Both the position numbers and the translations under genes were made by a program. Under the pieces are notes generated by a model. The model did not search any database. It was not told the DNA's origin and saw only the letters and a program-made list of their open reading frames with translations. This document shows, piece by piece, positions 46,902 to 56,947 of a stretch of DNA of 64,000 nucleotides. Positions within the stretch are counted from its first letter, which is position 1, and each line of letters opens with the position of its first letter. Origin of the DNA: Desulfosudaceae bacterium (GTDB lineage Bacteria; Desulfobacterota; Desulfobacteria; Desulfobacterales; Desulfosudaceae); contig CAXXDV010000003.1 in the NCBI GenBank assembly GCA_963674745.2, forward strand, positions 1,216,001 to 1,280,000. The letters are read 5' to 3'.

Positions 46902-48149
46902 TTGGAACCTGTCGTTATCACGAGTGCTGTTCGGACACCTGTCGGCCGCTATCTGGGGGGGCTGAAAACCATCGAAGCATACGAATTGGGGGCGCTGGTT
47001 ATAGATGAAGCCGTCAAACGCATCAACATCGACCCGGCCCGGGTGGATGAAGTGGTTCTGGGGCAGGCCTACCAGAGTGGTGAATATGTCAATATCGCCC
47101 GCATGTCTCTGCTGACGGCCGGGTGGCCGGATACGATCCCCGGCATTACCCTGGATCGGCGCTGCTGTACCGGGCTTGATGTCATCCGCTACGCCGCCAT
47201 GCTGATTCAGACCGGCCAGGCCGAAATCGTTGTGGCCGGAGGCGTGGAAAGCATGAGCAACGGTGAGTTTTATATTCCCGGAAAGGTCAAGTGGGGCATC
47301 GGAGGAGAAAAGGGCATGCCCCGGGGGCACGGCGATCTTTCCCTGTGGGGCATCGTGCTTTATGACCGGCTTCAGCGCGGCCGGGTCATGTCCCAACCCG
47401 AAGTGCGCTATGGTGTTCTGCCGTCCATGATGTCCTGGGCCGAGACGGCCGCCGAAGAAGAGGGGATCAGCCGCGAGGAATGCGACCAGTGGGCCCTGGA
47501 AAGCCATCAAAAAGCCTGCGCGGCCATGGCCGACGGAAAATTCGATGATGAAATCGTTCCGGTCAGCGTGCCACAGGCCAAGGGCGATCCAATTATTGTG
47601 GATAAGGACGAGAACCCCCGGACCGATACCACCCTGGAAAAACTGGCCCGGTTGAAACCTGTGCTGGGCGGGGTGTGTACGGCCGGCAATTCCTCTTCTG
47701 AAAACGACGGTGCCGCGGCCGTGGTGCTCATGTCGGCTAAAAAGGCGGCTGAACTCGGCCTGGCGCCTTATGCCGTCGTCAAATCCGTTGCCGTGGCCGG
47801 GTGTGATCCCCGCAAAACATACAAAACCGTTCCGGCCGCCGTTACCAAAGCCCTGGATATGGCCGGGACGACCATTGCCGATATGGACCTGATTGAAATC
47901 CAGGAGGCGTTTGCCGCCCAGGTCCTGGCCGATCTCAAGGACATGGACGTTGGACCGGATGATTACCACAAGGTCAACGTTAATGGATCCGGCATTTCCC
48001 TGGGCCATCCCATTGCCGCCACCGGCGTCCGGGTACTGGTAAGCCTGGTTCATGAGATGAAACGGCGCAATGTCCGTCATGCCGTCGAATGCATTTGCGG
48101 CGGCGGCGGACTGGGTATTGCCGCCGTGTTGGAACGACGAGAATCATAA
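46902..48149 (+). CDS. Thiolase (acetyl-CoA C-acyltransferase), TTG start
   Basis: AVRTPVG, catalytic RRCCTG, AGGVESMS, TAGNSS..NDGA, QEAFA, GHPIAATG, CICGGGG. RBS GGAGG. Confidence 0.92.
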   Translation: MEPVVITSAVRTPVGRYLGGLKTIEAYELGALVIDEAVKRINIDPARVDEVVLGQAYQSGEYVNIARMSLLTAGWPDTIPGITLDRRCCTGLDVIRYAAMLIQTGQAEIVVAGGVESMSNGEFYIPGKVKWGIGGEKGMPRGHGDLSLWGIVLYDRLQRGRVMSQPEVRYGVLPSMMSWAETAAEEEGISREECDQWALESHQKACAAMADGKFDDEIVPVSVPQAKGDPIIVDKDENPRTDTTLEKLARLKPVLGGVCTAGNSSSENDGAAAVVLMSAKKAAELGLAPYAVVKSVAVAGCDPRKTYKTVPAAVTKALDMAGTTIADMDLIEIQEAFAAQVLADLKDMDVGPDDYHKVNVNGSGISLGHPIAATGVRVLVSLVHEMKRRNVRHAVECICGGGGLGIAAVLERRES

Positions 48150-48158
48150 GGAGGTTTC

Positions 48159-49226
48159 ATGTCCAAAGTCCTGATCCATCCGGCCACCTATGACAATGTG
48201 CGCCCGGCCGTAGACCGGGCCTTTTCCCTCTTTCCCATGAATTTTTCCGGCAAAAAAGTCCTGATCAAACCCAATGTTCTCAGGGCCTCGGAAGCAGGGG
48301 AGGGGATCGTCACCCATCCGGCCGTGCTGGCGGCGGTGGTGGACAAGGTCGAATCCATGAAACCGGCCGCCATCATCGTTGGGGACAACCCCGGTGTGCA
48401 CAGTTATGGTGCCAACGAGGAAAGCTTCCGCAAAACCGGGCTAATGGAAGCGGCCCGGGAATATTATGTCAATATCGGAGACGACTCAGTTAAAATGGAC
48501 TTTAACCCGGATTTTATGCCGGCGGTCAGCATATCCCGGGCGGCGGTTGAAGCCGATATTATCATCAGTGTGCCCAAATTCAAGACCCATGGCCTGACCG
48601 TTTTAACCGGCGCCGTTAAAAACAGCTACGGCCTGCTGCCCGGCGCTCAGAAAGCCAAGCTTCACCGTCTGGCCGGCAGCCCGGCCCGTTTTCATGAACT
48701 TGTCGTTGATGTGTTCAGGCTGCGGGTGCCCGACCTGTTTATCATGGACGCCGTGGTGGGAATGGAGGGCAACGGCCCGGCCTCACCGGACCTGTTTGAT
48801 ATCGGCCTGATCCTGGCCGCCGACAATGCCGTGGCCATGGATGCCGTGGCGGCCTTTATGATGGGCTGTGAGCCCGGCCGCCTGCGGTTCCTGCAGAAAG
48901 CAAAGGCGGCGGGACTGGGCGATTATGATCTTGATACAATCGAGATCATCGGCGAACTGAACAAACTGGACAATTTCAAACTGCCGCCCTTAAGCGGGGA
49001 CGCCATCATATCCAACAAAGACATTCAAAACCGGCTTGAAAGCCGGACCCTTCTGCGGCCCCAGGCCGATCCGGACCTGTGCACGGCCTGCGGAACCTGC
49101 ATCGAGCAGTGCCCGGTCTCGGCCCTGTCCATGCCCGACGATTTGCCGGTCGTGGACGCGGACACCTGCATCACCTGCTTCTGCTGCCAGGAAGTCTGCC
49201 CGGAAAAGGCCATGGAACTGAAATAA
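48159..49226 (+). CDS. DUF362 domain protein with a C-terminal 2x[4Fe-4S] ferredoxin domain
   Basis: VLIKPNVL, THPAV, PKFKTH...TGAVKN, GMEGNGP, CTACGTCIEQCP and CITCFCCQEVCP. Confidence 0.9.
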   Translation: MSKVLIHPATYDNVRPAVDRAFSLFPMNFSGKKVLIKPNVLRASEAGEGIVTHPAVLAAVVDKVESMKPAAIIVGDNPGVHSYGANEESFRKTGLMEAAREYYVNIGDDSVKMDFNPDFMPAVSISRAAVEADIIISVPKFKTHGLTVLTGAVKNSYGLLPGAQKAKLHRLAGSPARFHELVVDVFRLRVPDLFIMDAVVGMEGNGPASPDLFDIGLILAADNAVAMDAVAAFMMGCEPGRLRFLQKAKAAGLGDYDLDTIEIIGELNKLDNFKLPPLSGDAIISNKDIQNRLESRTLLRPQADPDLCTACGTCIEQCPVSALSMPDDLPVVDADTCITCFCCQEVCPEKAMELK

Positions 49227-49245
49227 GTGCCGATCCTTTTGTTTT

Positions 49246-50445
49246 TTAAAAGCAGAACATACCGTTTTCGTAAATGACTCTTTTTTTACCATCTTTCAAA
49301 ACAGCGGTGACGCATTTTTTTTCCGTGTTGATGATATCCCAGTGGATGGCGGACTGGTTGAATCCCAGCCTTTTCTTGCGGGCGGCGGTCAGTTCGGCCG
49401 GGTTGCCGCTGAAGGTGTCCGAGTAGGAAGCGCCCAGGGCGATATGACAGTTGCCCTGACGGCCGCCGAAGTTTTCATCAAACAGGGTATTGGCCATAAA
49501 CCGGTCGATTTTTGAAAAGCGCTTATCGGTCAATGAAAACTCTCCCAGTTGGGCAGCCCCGGGGTCCGTGGCCAGCAGCTTGCGGGTGAATTGCTGGCCT
49601 CCGGCGGCCGTAATTTTTACGGCCCGGCCGGCTTTGAATTCAATTTTCAGGTTTTTGACCATGTTGCCGTCCCGGAATGAAGGCATATCCGCGAAATAGA
49701 CGCCCTTGGTACCACGCCAGTCCGGCGAAAGAAATATTTCAAAGCTCGGGATATTGTGTCCCGAAATACCGACCCATTGCCTTTCTTCGCCGGGCGTAAT
49801 TTCAACATCCGTATGTTTTGATTCGATTCTGAGGGTTTTGATTTTCAGGCTGTTCAACCATTTTTTAATGTCCCGGGCTTTGATGAAAATGCTTTTCCAG
49901 TGGTCCACCGGTGATGTCTTGTCCAGAAAGCAGGCACTGACGATCTGCCGGGCATATTCTTTCTGGGACATGCGGGCGTGTCGGGCCAGGGCAGCCGTGG
50001 GAAACATACCCAGGGTCCAGGAGAATTCACCGCTGTCTTCACGGCGTTCGAGGATGTCCCGAAACGGCTTTCGGGACATGGCCACCCGGCCGATTCTGGC
50101 AGGATCGACACCGCTTAAGTGCGTCAGTGATTCGGGCGCGATGACGGCAATCGAGCCGTTTAAATTCTTGATCAGTTCTTTTTCTCCCGGCGCTTGAAAA
50201 ACCAGCTGGTCGCTGTTGGACAGTTCGTAAAACCCTTTTTCCGCGTTCGGGGTATAACCGGCCCGGAGAATCGGGTGATGACCGGCTGCCAACAGTTTTT
50301 CAAAAAGAACCTCCGCCAGCCGGACGGCTTTTAAGTTATAACGGACAAGCACGATGTCGTTTTTATTGAATTTCTTTTTTCGGGCGGTTGTCAGACCCCA
50401 TAAAAGCACGTCTGCATACCGGTCCAGTTGTTTTTCCGTCAGCAT
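49246..50445 (-). CDS. Aminopeptidase, M29 (thermophilic metalloprotease/AmpS) family
   Basis: NIPSFEIF, LGEFSL, TLFDEN, HIALGASY, NQSAIHWD. Confidence 0.9.
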   Translation of the reverse strand: MLTEKQLDRYADVLLWGLTTARKKKFNKNDIVLVRYNLKAVRLAEVLFEKLLAAGHHPILRAGYTPNAEKGFYELSNSDQLVFQAPGEKELIKNLNGSIAVIAPESLTHLSGVDPARIGRVAMSRKPFRDILERREDSGEFSWTLGMFPTAALARHARMSQKEYARQIVSACFLDKTSPVDHWKSIFIKARDIKKWLNSLKIKTLRIESKHTDVEITPGEERQWVGISGHNIPSFEIFLSPDWRGTKGVYFADMPSFRDGNMVKNLKIEFKAGRAVKITAAGGQQFTRKLLATDPGAAQLGEFSLTDKRFSKIDRFMANTLFDENFGGRQGNCHIALGASYSDTFSGNPAELTAARKKRLGFNQSAIHWDIINTEKKCVTAVLKDGKKRVIYENGMFCF

Positions 50446-50607
50446 ATTTTCGGCCTCCTTTGCAAGGTTGCGGAACTGTTTTATTTGACAAGAGGGCTAT
50501 AACGTCATAATTTATAATATTAATATGTTTAACAAAAAATATCTTACCAGAATTTGTGATCTTGTCCAGTATATCGATGCTGTGTTTGAACCGATAAGGA
50601 GAATAAA

Positions 50608-51144
50608 ATGAGAAAAACAAGGGTTTTTTTTGTTCTGCCGCTTGCGCTGCTTTTAATACCGGTTGCGGGATGCGGCCCGTCCGGCTCTGAAAATGAAATA
50701 GAAAACCTGAATTATCGGATTAAACGCCTTGAAACCCGTGTGGCTGCTCTTGAACTCAACAACGATACCTTGAACGAGCTTGATACAAAGGTTAAACGGA
50801 TATCGGAAGAAAATGAACGGCGGCATACGGCCTTGATCCTGCAGGTCAGCAAACTGGAAAGAATGGTCCAATCCCCTCCGCCGGTGGTCAGCACCACGCC
50901 CACGGTGAAAAAGACGCAACCGCTTTCCCGTCCGGCAACCCCGGTAAAGGAAAACAAACCGGAAACACCCAAAGCACCGGCTGTTAAACAGCCCCCGAAC
51001 ACCGTGCTGTATCATACGGTTGGGAAAGGGGATACGCTATACAGCATCAGCCGGCAATATGGTTTGAAACCAAGTGAATTGAAAAGATTAAACGGACTTG
51101 ACTCCAATATTATTTCAATGGGGCAGCAGCTTCGCGTCAGGTAA
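50608..51144 (+). CDS. LysM domain lipoprotein
   Basis: Lipobox VAGC, coiled coil, Pro/Lys linker, and LysM YHTVGKGDTLYSISRQYG...LKRLNGL...GQQLRV. Confidence 0.9.
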   Translation: MRKTRVFFVLPLALLLIPVAGCGPSGSENEIENLNYRIKRLETRVAALELNNDTLNELDTKVKRISEENERRHTALILQVSKLERMVQSPPPVVSTTPTVKKTQPLSRPATPVKENKPETPKAPAVKQPPNTVLYHTVGKGDTLYSISRQYGLKPSELKRLNGLDSNIISMGQQLRVR

Positions 51145-51154
51145 CAGGCGCCGC

Positions 51155-52159
51155 CTATTTTGACTGAAGCCAGTGGGATAAGTTGTCCAGGCCCTGCCTG
51201 ATGGTGAATTTCGGACGATAGCCGAGTTCATGCCGGGCGGCGGAGATGTCAAACCAGTGCGCGGTGGCCAGTTCTTTGGCCACAAATCGGGTCATGGGCG
51301 GCTCTTTTTTTATCCCGGCCAGCTTATATATCCCTTCCAGCGCAGCACCTACCGACCAGACCACGCCGGCCGGCATGGTGCGGGTGACCGGCGGCAGTCC
51401 CCCGGCTTCCAGGATACCATTGATCATGTCCCACATGGGAATGGGCTCTTCCTGGCTGATAAAGTAAATCCGGCCGGAAAGGGACGGCTCCTCGGCCAGC
51501 CTGTCTCCGGCAAGGACATGGGCTGAGGCCGCGTCATCAATGTAAATGGTGTCGACCAGGTTTTTCCGTTTACCGATTTTAACCAGCTTTTTCGCCCGCG
51601 CCAGAACCCGGGGTACCAGGTGAGGGTCGCCCGGTCCCCAGATCAGATGGGGCCGCAGGATAATGGCGTTGATTTCACCGGCCCGGGCCGCGGCGACAAC
51701 CATCTGTTCGGCCATAGCCTTGGTTTTGGTATAATGCGTGGGAAATGATTCCGGGTAGGGGTATGACTCATCCACGCCTTCCATGTCGGTGCCGTCAAAG
51801 ATGACACTGGGTGAGCTGGTGTGAACCAGCACCGGTATCTGGTGGTGCTTGCAGGCGGTGATAATATTTTCCGTGCCCATCACATTGGGACGGTAGTATT
51901 CCTGATAGCGCCCCCACACGCCCGGTTTTGCGGCGGTATGGAAAATCATGTCCATCCCCTGACTGGCCCGTATGACGACGTTTGGATCGCTGATATCCCC
52001 TTGAATCTGCCGGACGTCAAGGGCTTCAAGTTGACCGTAGCTGTTTCTGGCCAGGCTGGTGACCCGGTCGCCCCTTAACGCCAGCCGGCGGACGATGGCT
52101 GTACCCAGAAAACCGCCTCCGCCGGTGACAAGGATTTTTTTGGGTTTTGTCGTGGTCAT
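51155..52159 (-). CDS. oleD: 2-alkyl-3-oxoalkanoate reductase (extended SDR, 3-beta-HSD-like)
   Basis: VTGGGGFLG, HTAAKPGVWG, TSSPSV, YTKTK, LRPHLIWGPGD. Last gene of oleABCD. Confidence 0.88.
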   Translation of the reverse strand: MTTTKPKKILVTGGGGFLGTAIVRRLALRGDRVTSLARNSYGQLEALDVRQIQGDISDPNVVIRASQGMDMIFHTAAKPGVWGRYQEYYRPNVMGTENIITACKHHQIPVLVHTSSPSVIFDGTDMEGVDESYPYPESFPTHYTKTKAMAEQMVVAAARAGEINAIILRPHLIWGPGDPHLVPRVLARAKKLVKIGKRKNLVDTIYIDDAASAHVLAGDRLAEEPSLSGRIYFISQEEPIPMWDMINGILEAGGLPPVTRTMPAGVVWSVGAALEGIYKLAGIKKEPPMTRFVAKELATAHWFDISAARHELGYRPKFTIRQGLDNLSHWLQSK

Positions 52160-53829
52160 TCGGTTTTAATTTTCCCTTCAGCCCAGAGGGCCAGTTTCTC
52201 TCTGAAAATTTTCGAGTTGTGCCGGATGTCAACCGGGAAATTATCATGGAACAGGATATGCGAAATGGATTTCGTCAGGGGTTGGCTTTCGGCCAGCCCC
52301 AGCAGTTCGTTGGCCAGTTCTTTTTTATTAATGCGTTTGTCTTTTATGCTTTCAATGCAGATAACCGGCGTCTGCTTGCCCGGTTTACCGATACCGACCA
52401 GGGCGCTACGGGCGACATCCGGATGCCGGTTGAAAATCGCCTCACAGGGAACGGTAAAAAGGGTTTTCCCGGGTGTGACGACCCGGTGACTTTTACGGCC
52501 GCAGAACCAGAACCGGCCATGGTGATCCATCCAGGCCAGGTCTCCCATGCGATGCCAGAAGCCGTTATCGTCCTTGATTTTAGCCAGGGCATTATCAAGG
52601 CGGCGGTTATAGTAAGACGCTGTTACGTGAGCGCCTTTGACAACGATTTCCCCGGGTTCGCCCTGGGGTACGAGCAGGTCCTCGGACCATTCCTCGATAG
52701 GGGCGTCCGTAATTTTTATCAGCTGAACCGATACGTTTGACAACACCCGCCCGACGCAGTTGCCGAATCCCTGCTCGGTCATTTTGGCGGTTTCCGAGAG
52801 GATTTCACGGCTGCCGATGGAAATGATGGGCACCGCCTCTGAAGCACCGTAAGGGGTGTGGATTTCCGCATCTTCGGAAAGCGCGTGAGAGAATTGTTCT
52901 ATGTTTGACGGATGCACCGGTGCTCCCGCGGATACCACCCGTCGCAAAGGCGGCAATTTAATGCTTTTGCGATGACAGTAGCCCCCGACGCGGTTTAATA
53001 AAGCGGGCGAGGCGAACATGTTGGTCACCCCGTGATTCATGATAGCTTCGATAATTTTTTCGGGATTGACAAAAGCCGGTTTGGTCGGGTCCATGTCCGG
53101 GATGACGGCGGTCATGCCCAGGGCCGGATCAAAGAGGGCGAACAGCGGAAAGGTGGGCAGGTCGACTTCATCGCTGCCGATCTGAAAATGGTCCTGGATC
53201 TGCTGGATCTGGGCGTCAAAATTGCCGTGGGTATAAATCACACCTTTGGCCGGTCCGGTGCTGCCGGTGGTAAACAGGATAGCGGCGGTTTCATCACGGC
53301 CGGTGTTGGCCATGGAATATTTTTCTTTCCCCTTCAAACGAACATCTTTAAGTGTCGGACCGCCCCAGAACCAGCGCCGGCCCACCGTGATACAGGTCTC
53401 GACGGTTTTAAACGCTTTGGGATGGGTGACCCTTAGTGCGTGCGCCAGGGGGATGCCGATAAACGCCCGGGGCTGGCTTTCGGCAAGACAGCTCAACATA
53501 CGCTTGAGTCCCATGCCGGGATCAACCACCACCGGCACGATGCCCGCCTTGAACAGTCCGAAGACCAGGGAAAAAAAATCAAGGCAGGGTTTGACCATGA
53601 GGATGGTGCGGGTTCCACGCCTGATGCCGAATTGCTGGAGCCCGGACGCGATTCTGTCTGAATCGGCGTCGAGCTGGGCAAAGGTGAATTGGGCATAGGT
53701 GATCCGTCCGTAAGGATCTTTCCCCACCGGCGCGATGACGGCCTTTTTGTAAGGGAATGCCGCGGCCATCTGTTTCAGGCGTGCTGCAATATTAACGGTC
53801 GATGCGTTCTCTGATGATGTTTGTGGCAT
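52156..53829 (-). CDS. oleC: Olefin beta-lactone synthetase
   Basis: VNIAARL, VDPGMG, FTTGSTGPAKGV, DLPTFPLFALF, TPYGASE, WHRMGD, FCGRKSHRV, FPVDIRHNSKIFREKL. Confidence 0.92.
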   Translation of the reverse strand: MPQTSSENASTVNIAARLKQMAAAFPYKKAVIAPVGKDPYGRITYAQFTFAQLDADSDRIASGLQQFGIRRGTRTILMVKPCLDFFSLVFGLFKAGIVPVVVDPGMGLKRMLSCLAESQPRAFIGIPLAHALRVTHPKAFKTVETCITVGRRWFWGGPTLKDVRLKGKEKYSMANTGRDETAAILFTTGSTGPAKGVIYTHGNFDAQIQQIQDHFQIGSDEVDLPTFPLFALFDPALGMTAVIPDMDPTKPAFVNPEKIIEAIMNHGVTNMFASPALLNRVGGYCHRKSIKLPPLRRVVSAGAPVHPSNIEQFSHALSEDAEIHTPYGASEAVPIISIGSREILSETAKMTEQGFGNCVGRVLSNVSVQLIKITDAPIEEWSEDLLVPQGEPGEIVVKGAHVTASYYNRRLDNALAKIKDDNGFWHRMGDLAWMDHHGRFWFCGRKSHRVVTPGKTLFTVPCEAIFNRHPDVARSALVGIGKPGKQTPVICIESIKDKRINKKELANELLGLAESQPLTKSISHILFHDNFPVDIRHNSKIFREKLALWAEGKIKTE

Positions 53830-53853
53830 CGTTATGGTCCTGTTCGCCTGCTG

Positions 53854-54762
53854 TCAGTCTGTTTTTTTTAGAAACGCGTCAATTATTTCCGGAACTTTTT
53901 GCGGTTCATCCTCAAGAAGGTAATGACCGGCCTGCTCAAATAGATGGCTTTCGGCCTCCGGAAACCTGCGTCGCCACTCGTCAAAATAGGTGTCGTCAAA
54001 TACAAAGTCATGCTTTCCCCAGCAGATGAGCATGGGCAGGCCCTCAAGCATATGCAGGTTTTCATCCAGAAACCGTCCCAGGGTGTAACTGGGGTCGCTT
54101 TCTTTAACGGCAATATCCTGGACAAACTTTAAGGTGGCAATCCGGTTGGCCCAGCTGTTGTATGGCGCGATTAGGCCTTTTTTAACATCCCGGGGAAGCT
54201 TTTTGTAGGGCGCCATGATCAAGGCCGCCCGGCAGAACAGGTTGGCGCCCAGAATACCGGGAACGGCCAGGGGGGTCAGGTAGCGCAGCAACCAGAGCCT
54301 CAAGGGCAGGGCCTTGCCGGCCGGTTTGAGAAAGGCGGCCGTGTTGGTAATCACGACTCGTTTGAGCATGTCCCGGTTCCTGAGGGCGAACGTACATCCG
54401 ATAAATCCGCCCCAGTCATGAACGATAAGGGTAAGGTTGTCTTTGATATCCAGCTGCCGGACCAGTTCTTCTACGTCACTGACCCGGTTTTCCAGGCGGT
54501 ATCCGTAATCCCTGGCCGGCGGCTTATCGGAAAGGCCGCAGCCGATATGATCCGGACAGATGACACGATAACGCGGCGATAGTTTTTTGATTAATTCCCG
54601 GTAGTAAAAAGACCAGGTGGGGTTACCGTGCAGCATCAGCACGGGCTCGCCCCGGCCCTCGTCAAGATAGTGATATTTAAGACCGTTAATGTCCGCATAG
54701 TGGGATTTAAACGGGTAAAGGTGCGCAAAGGCGCTTATATCGACGGTTCCGGTCATTACCAT
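53854..54762 (-). CDS. oleB: Beta-lactone decarboxylase (haloalkane dehalogenase-like alpha/beta hydrolase)
   Basis: YHYLDEG, HGNPTWSFYYR, DHIGCGLSDKP, VHDWGG, WGKHDFVF, AGHYLLED. Located between oleA and oleC. Confidence 0.9.
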   Translation of the reverse strand: MVMTGTVDISAFAHLYPFKSHYADINGLKYHYLDEGRGEPVLMLHGNPTWSFYYRELIKKLSPRYRVICPDHIGCGLSDKPPARDYGYRLENRVSDVEELVRQLDIKDNLTLIVHDWGGFIGCTFALRNRDMLKRVVITNTAAFLKPAGKALPLRLWLLRYLTPLAVPGILGANLFCRAALIMAPYKKLPRDVKKGLIAPYNSWANRIATLKFVQDIAVKESDPSYTLGRFLDENLHMLEGLPMLICWGKHDFVFDDTYFDEWRRRFPEAESHLFEQAGHYLLEDEPQKVPEIIDAFLKKTD

Positions 54763-55805
54763 TCCACTCCCAGCATCAGGCAGTTCAAGCCGCTGCCGAT
54801 ACCCAGAAAACCCACCAGGTCGCCGGGCTGGAGAAATTCCCGTTCATCGGCAATGGCGGCGGTAACGGGCAGTGAGACCGTTCCCATGTTGGCAAAATAT
54901 TGATAGGTGGGGAAATCTTTTTCAGGGGCAACGCCGATCGCTTTTAAGATGGCGCGCTGGTTGGCTTCGCCGACCTGGTGACAGATGACCTTGTCCGGTT
55001 TATCATCCCCGAAACCGAGTTCCTTTTTGAAGGCGGCAAACGTCTCCTGGCCGAGCTTGACACCGTTTTTCAGGACACCTACCGAATCGGTTTCCATTTT
55101 GTAGGGCGCGCTGGACGGCACGCCGGTGTCCGGCCCCCAGATACAGAGCCGGTGGTGTTCCACGGCGTTTTTAACAACGCCGCCGAGAAGGCGGTGGCGC
55201 CGGTAATCGGCCTCGGGTATGGCTTCGCCGGTCATGATAACGGCCACCGCGCCGGAACCGCCGGTCAACACGGCCATGGATCTTTTAAAGGATTCCATGT
55301 CGCATTCGGCATTCATGCGGTCAATGGTCAGGTCCACGATCTGGCGGGCCGATTCACAGGAGACCACCATGCCGGCTTTTATCTGGCCCAGTTCGATGGC
55401 ATTGGCTACTTCGATCATGCCGCTGACAACACCCAGACAGGCATTGGAAATATCACAAACTTTGGCGTCGGCGTTCAGGCCCAGGCCGCTGGCCACGGAA
55501 CAGGCCGTGGCCGGCTCCATATTGTCCCGGCAGACCCCGCAGTAAACCAGCATGCCCAGGTCATCCGGCGTAACAGCGGAATTGGCCAGGGCTTTTTTAC
55601 CGGCTTTGATGGTTCCGGTATACATGGGTTCGCCGGGATCCCAGAAGCGACGTTCCTGAATACCGGTCAACGCCTGTAACTGGCCCTGACGCAAATTTAA
55701 TCGCTGATAAATCGGGGCAAGTCTTTCTTCGAGTTCAGCTGAACTGATGACGTTCGGAGCAAGTTCGTAGCCAAAGGCATCTATAAAAACATGTTGATAA
55801 CGCAT
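54756..55805 (-). CDS. oleA: Acyl-CoA:acyl-CoA alkyltransferase (thiolase-fold Claisen condensing enzyme)
   Basis: LTGIQERRFW, GVCRDNMEPATA (Glu), DISNACLG (Cys), TGGSGA, HQVG (His), NMG, LGIGSGLNC. Confidence 0.9.
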   Translation of the reverse strand: MRYQHVFIDAFGYELAPNVISSAELEERLAPIYQRLNLRQGQLQALTGIQERRFWDPGEPMYTGTIKAGKKALANSAVTPDDLGMLVYCGVCRDNMEPATACSVASGLGLNADAKVCDISNACLGVVSGMIEVANAIELGQIKAGMVVSCESARQIVDLTIDRMNAECDMESFKRSMAVLTGGSGAVAVIMTGEAIPEADYRRHRLLGGVVKNAVEHHRLCIWGPDTGVPSSAPYKMETDSVGVLKNGVKLGQETFAAFKKELGFGDDKPDKVICHQVGEANQRAILKAIGVAPEKDFPTYQYFANMGTVSLPVTAAIADEREFLQPGDLVGFLGIGSGLNCLMLGVEW

Positions 55806-55910
55806 TTTTTTGAATGGTTCCCCGTGATTGTCTATCGACTGTGAATATTTGCCAACGCTATAATTTAAGGCCTTTGACTGTCAAGAGTTTTCATCGGTCC
55901 GGAACCTGTC

Positions 55911-56906
55911 TCAGTTGCTGTCATTTGCATCCCGTTTTGATCCGGACATCCGGTCCAGGGCCAGTACCAGGATAACACCGATCACCGCCAGCAGAACGGC
56001 CAGCATAAACGCGGAACTGAAATCAGGCGGCAGTATATTCTGTTCTTTCAAGACATGGGGCTCACCGCGGATGATAATACTCTCCAGCGTCTCCTTCCAG
56101 GGCCAGATTTTGCGCAAAGATCCGGCCATCAGACCGGTTAAAAAGGCCAGGGTGGCGTTGTGCCATCTATCCAGCAACCATTTTAAAAAGCGGGAAAAGC
56201 AGAGGATGCCGGCCGCTGTACCGGCGCAATAAACGAATATAATGATCATGTTGGCCGGTAGAAACGGGTTTTTTAAAGTGGCCGTTAGAAATTCGTATTT
56301 GCCGAGAATCAGCAGAATAAAGGCACCGCTTAAGCCGGGCAGCAGCATGGCACAGATGGCGATAAATCCGGCCAGAAAGAGGAACCACAGTTCTTCCGGG
56401 GTGGATACCGGAATCAGGCCCACGACCAGCCAGGCAACCGCGCTTCCGGCAATAAAGGAAAGCGTAGCCGAAGTGTTCCAGGGGCGTACCTTTTTGCCCA
56501 CCATCAGGATAGACGCGACAATCAGCCCGAAAAACAGGCTCCAGGTATAAACCGGATGGTTGTTGATCAGGTAATTCATCAGCCTGGCCAGGCTGATAAT
56601 GGCTGTTCCGATGCCGATAAACAGAAAAAAAAGAAAACGTATGTGGACCATGGCCAGCGCGCCTTTTATATCACCTGTCAGCAATCGTTTTAAGGCCGCT
56701 GTATTGATTGATTTTATGGCCGCCAGAAGATCTTCATAAATACCGGTGATCAGGGCGATGGTGCCGCCGGAAACACCGGGAACAACATCGGCGCTGCCCA
56801 TACACAGCCCTTTTATGGATAAAAAGGCCGAATCTTTTATCGTGTCAGGACCGGGGCTGTTCTGGACGGCCTGTTTCCATGTCATGGGAGAGGTCTGTTT
56901 GTTCAT
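55911..56906 (-). CDS. DUF368 membrane protein (undecaprenyl-phosphate translocase family)
   Basis: KGLCMGSADVVPGVSGGTIALITGIY, CAMLLPGLSGAFILLILG, GSLRKIWPWK. Confidence 0.9.
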   Translation of the reverse strand: MNKQTSPMTWKQAVQNSPGPDTIKDSAFLSIKGLCMGSADVVPGVSGGTIALITGIYEDLLAAIKSINTAALKRLLTGDIKGALAMVHIRFLFFLFIGIGTAIISLARLMNYLINNHPVYTWSLFFGLIVASILMVGKKVRPWNTSATLSFIAGSAVAWLVVGLIPVSTPEELWFLFLAGFIAICAMLLPGLSGAFILLILGKYEFLTATLKNPFLPANMIIIFVYCAGTAAGILCFSRFLKWLLDRWHNATLAFLTGLMAGSLRKIWPWKETLESIIIRGEPHVLKEQNILPPDFSSAFMLAVLLAVIGVILVLALDRMSGSKRDANDSN

Positions 56907-56947
56907 TATTCTTCCTGAAATTGCTGCCCGCGGGCATGGTTATGTGA

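Noticed and set aside
45290..48080. Long minus-strand ORFs 45290-46372 and 46896-48080
   Set aside because: Antisense shadows of the ligase and thiolase genes.
51155..55805. Individual calls as FabH, haloalkane dehalogenase and steroid dehydrogenase
   Set aside because: Gene order and motifs fit oleABCD better.
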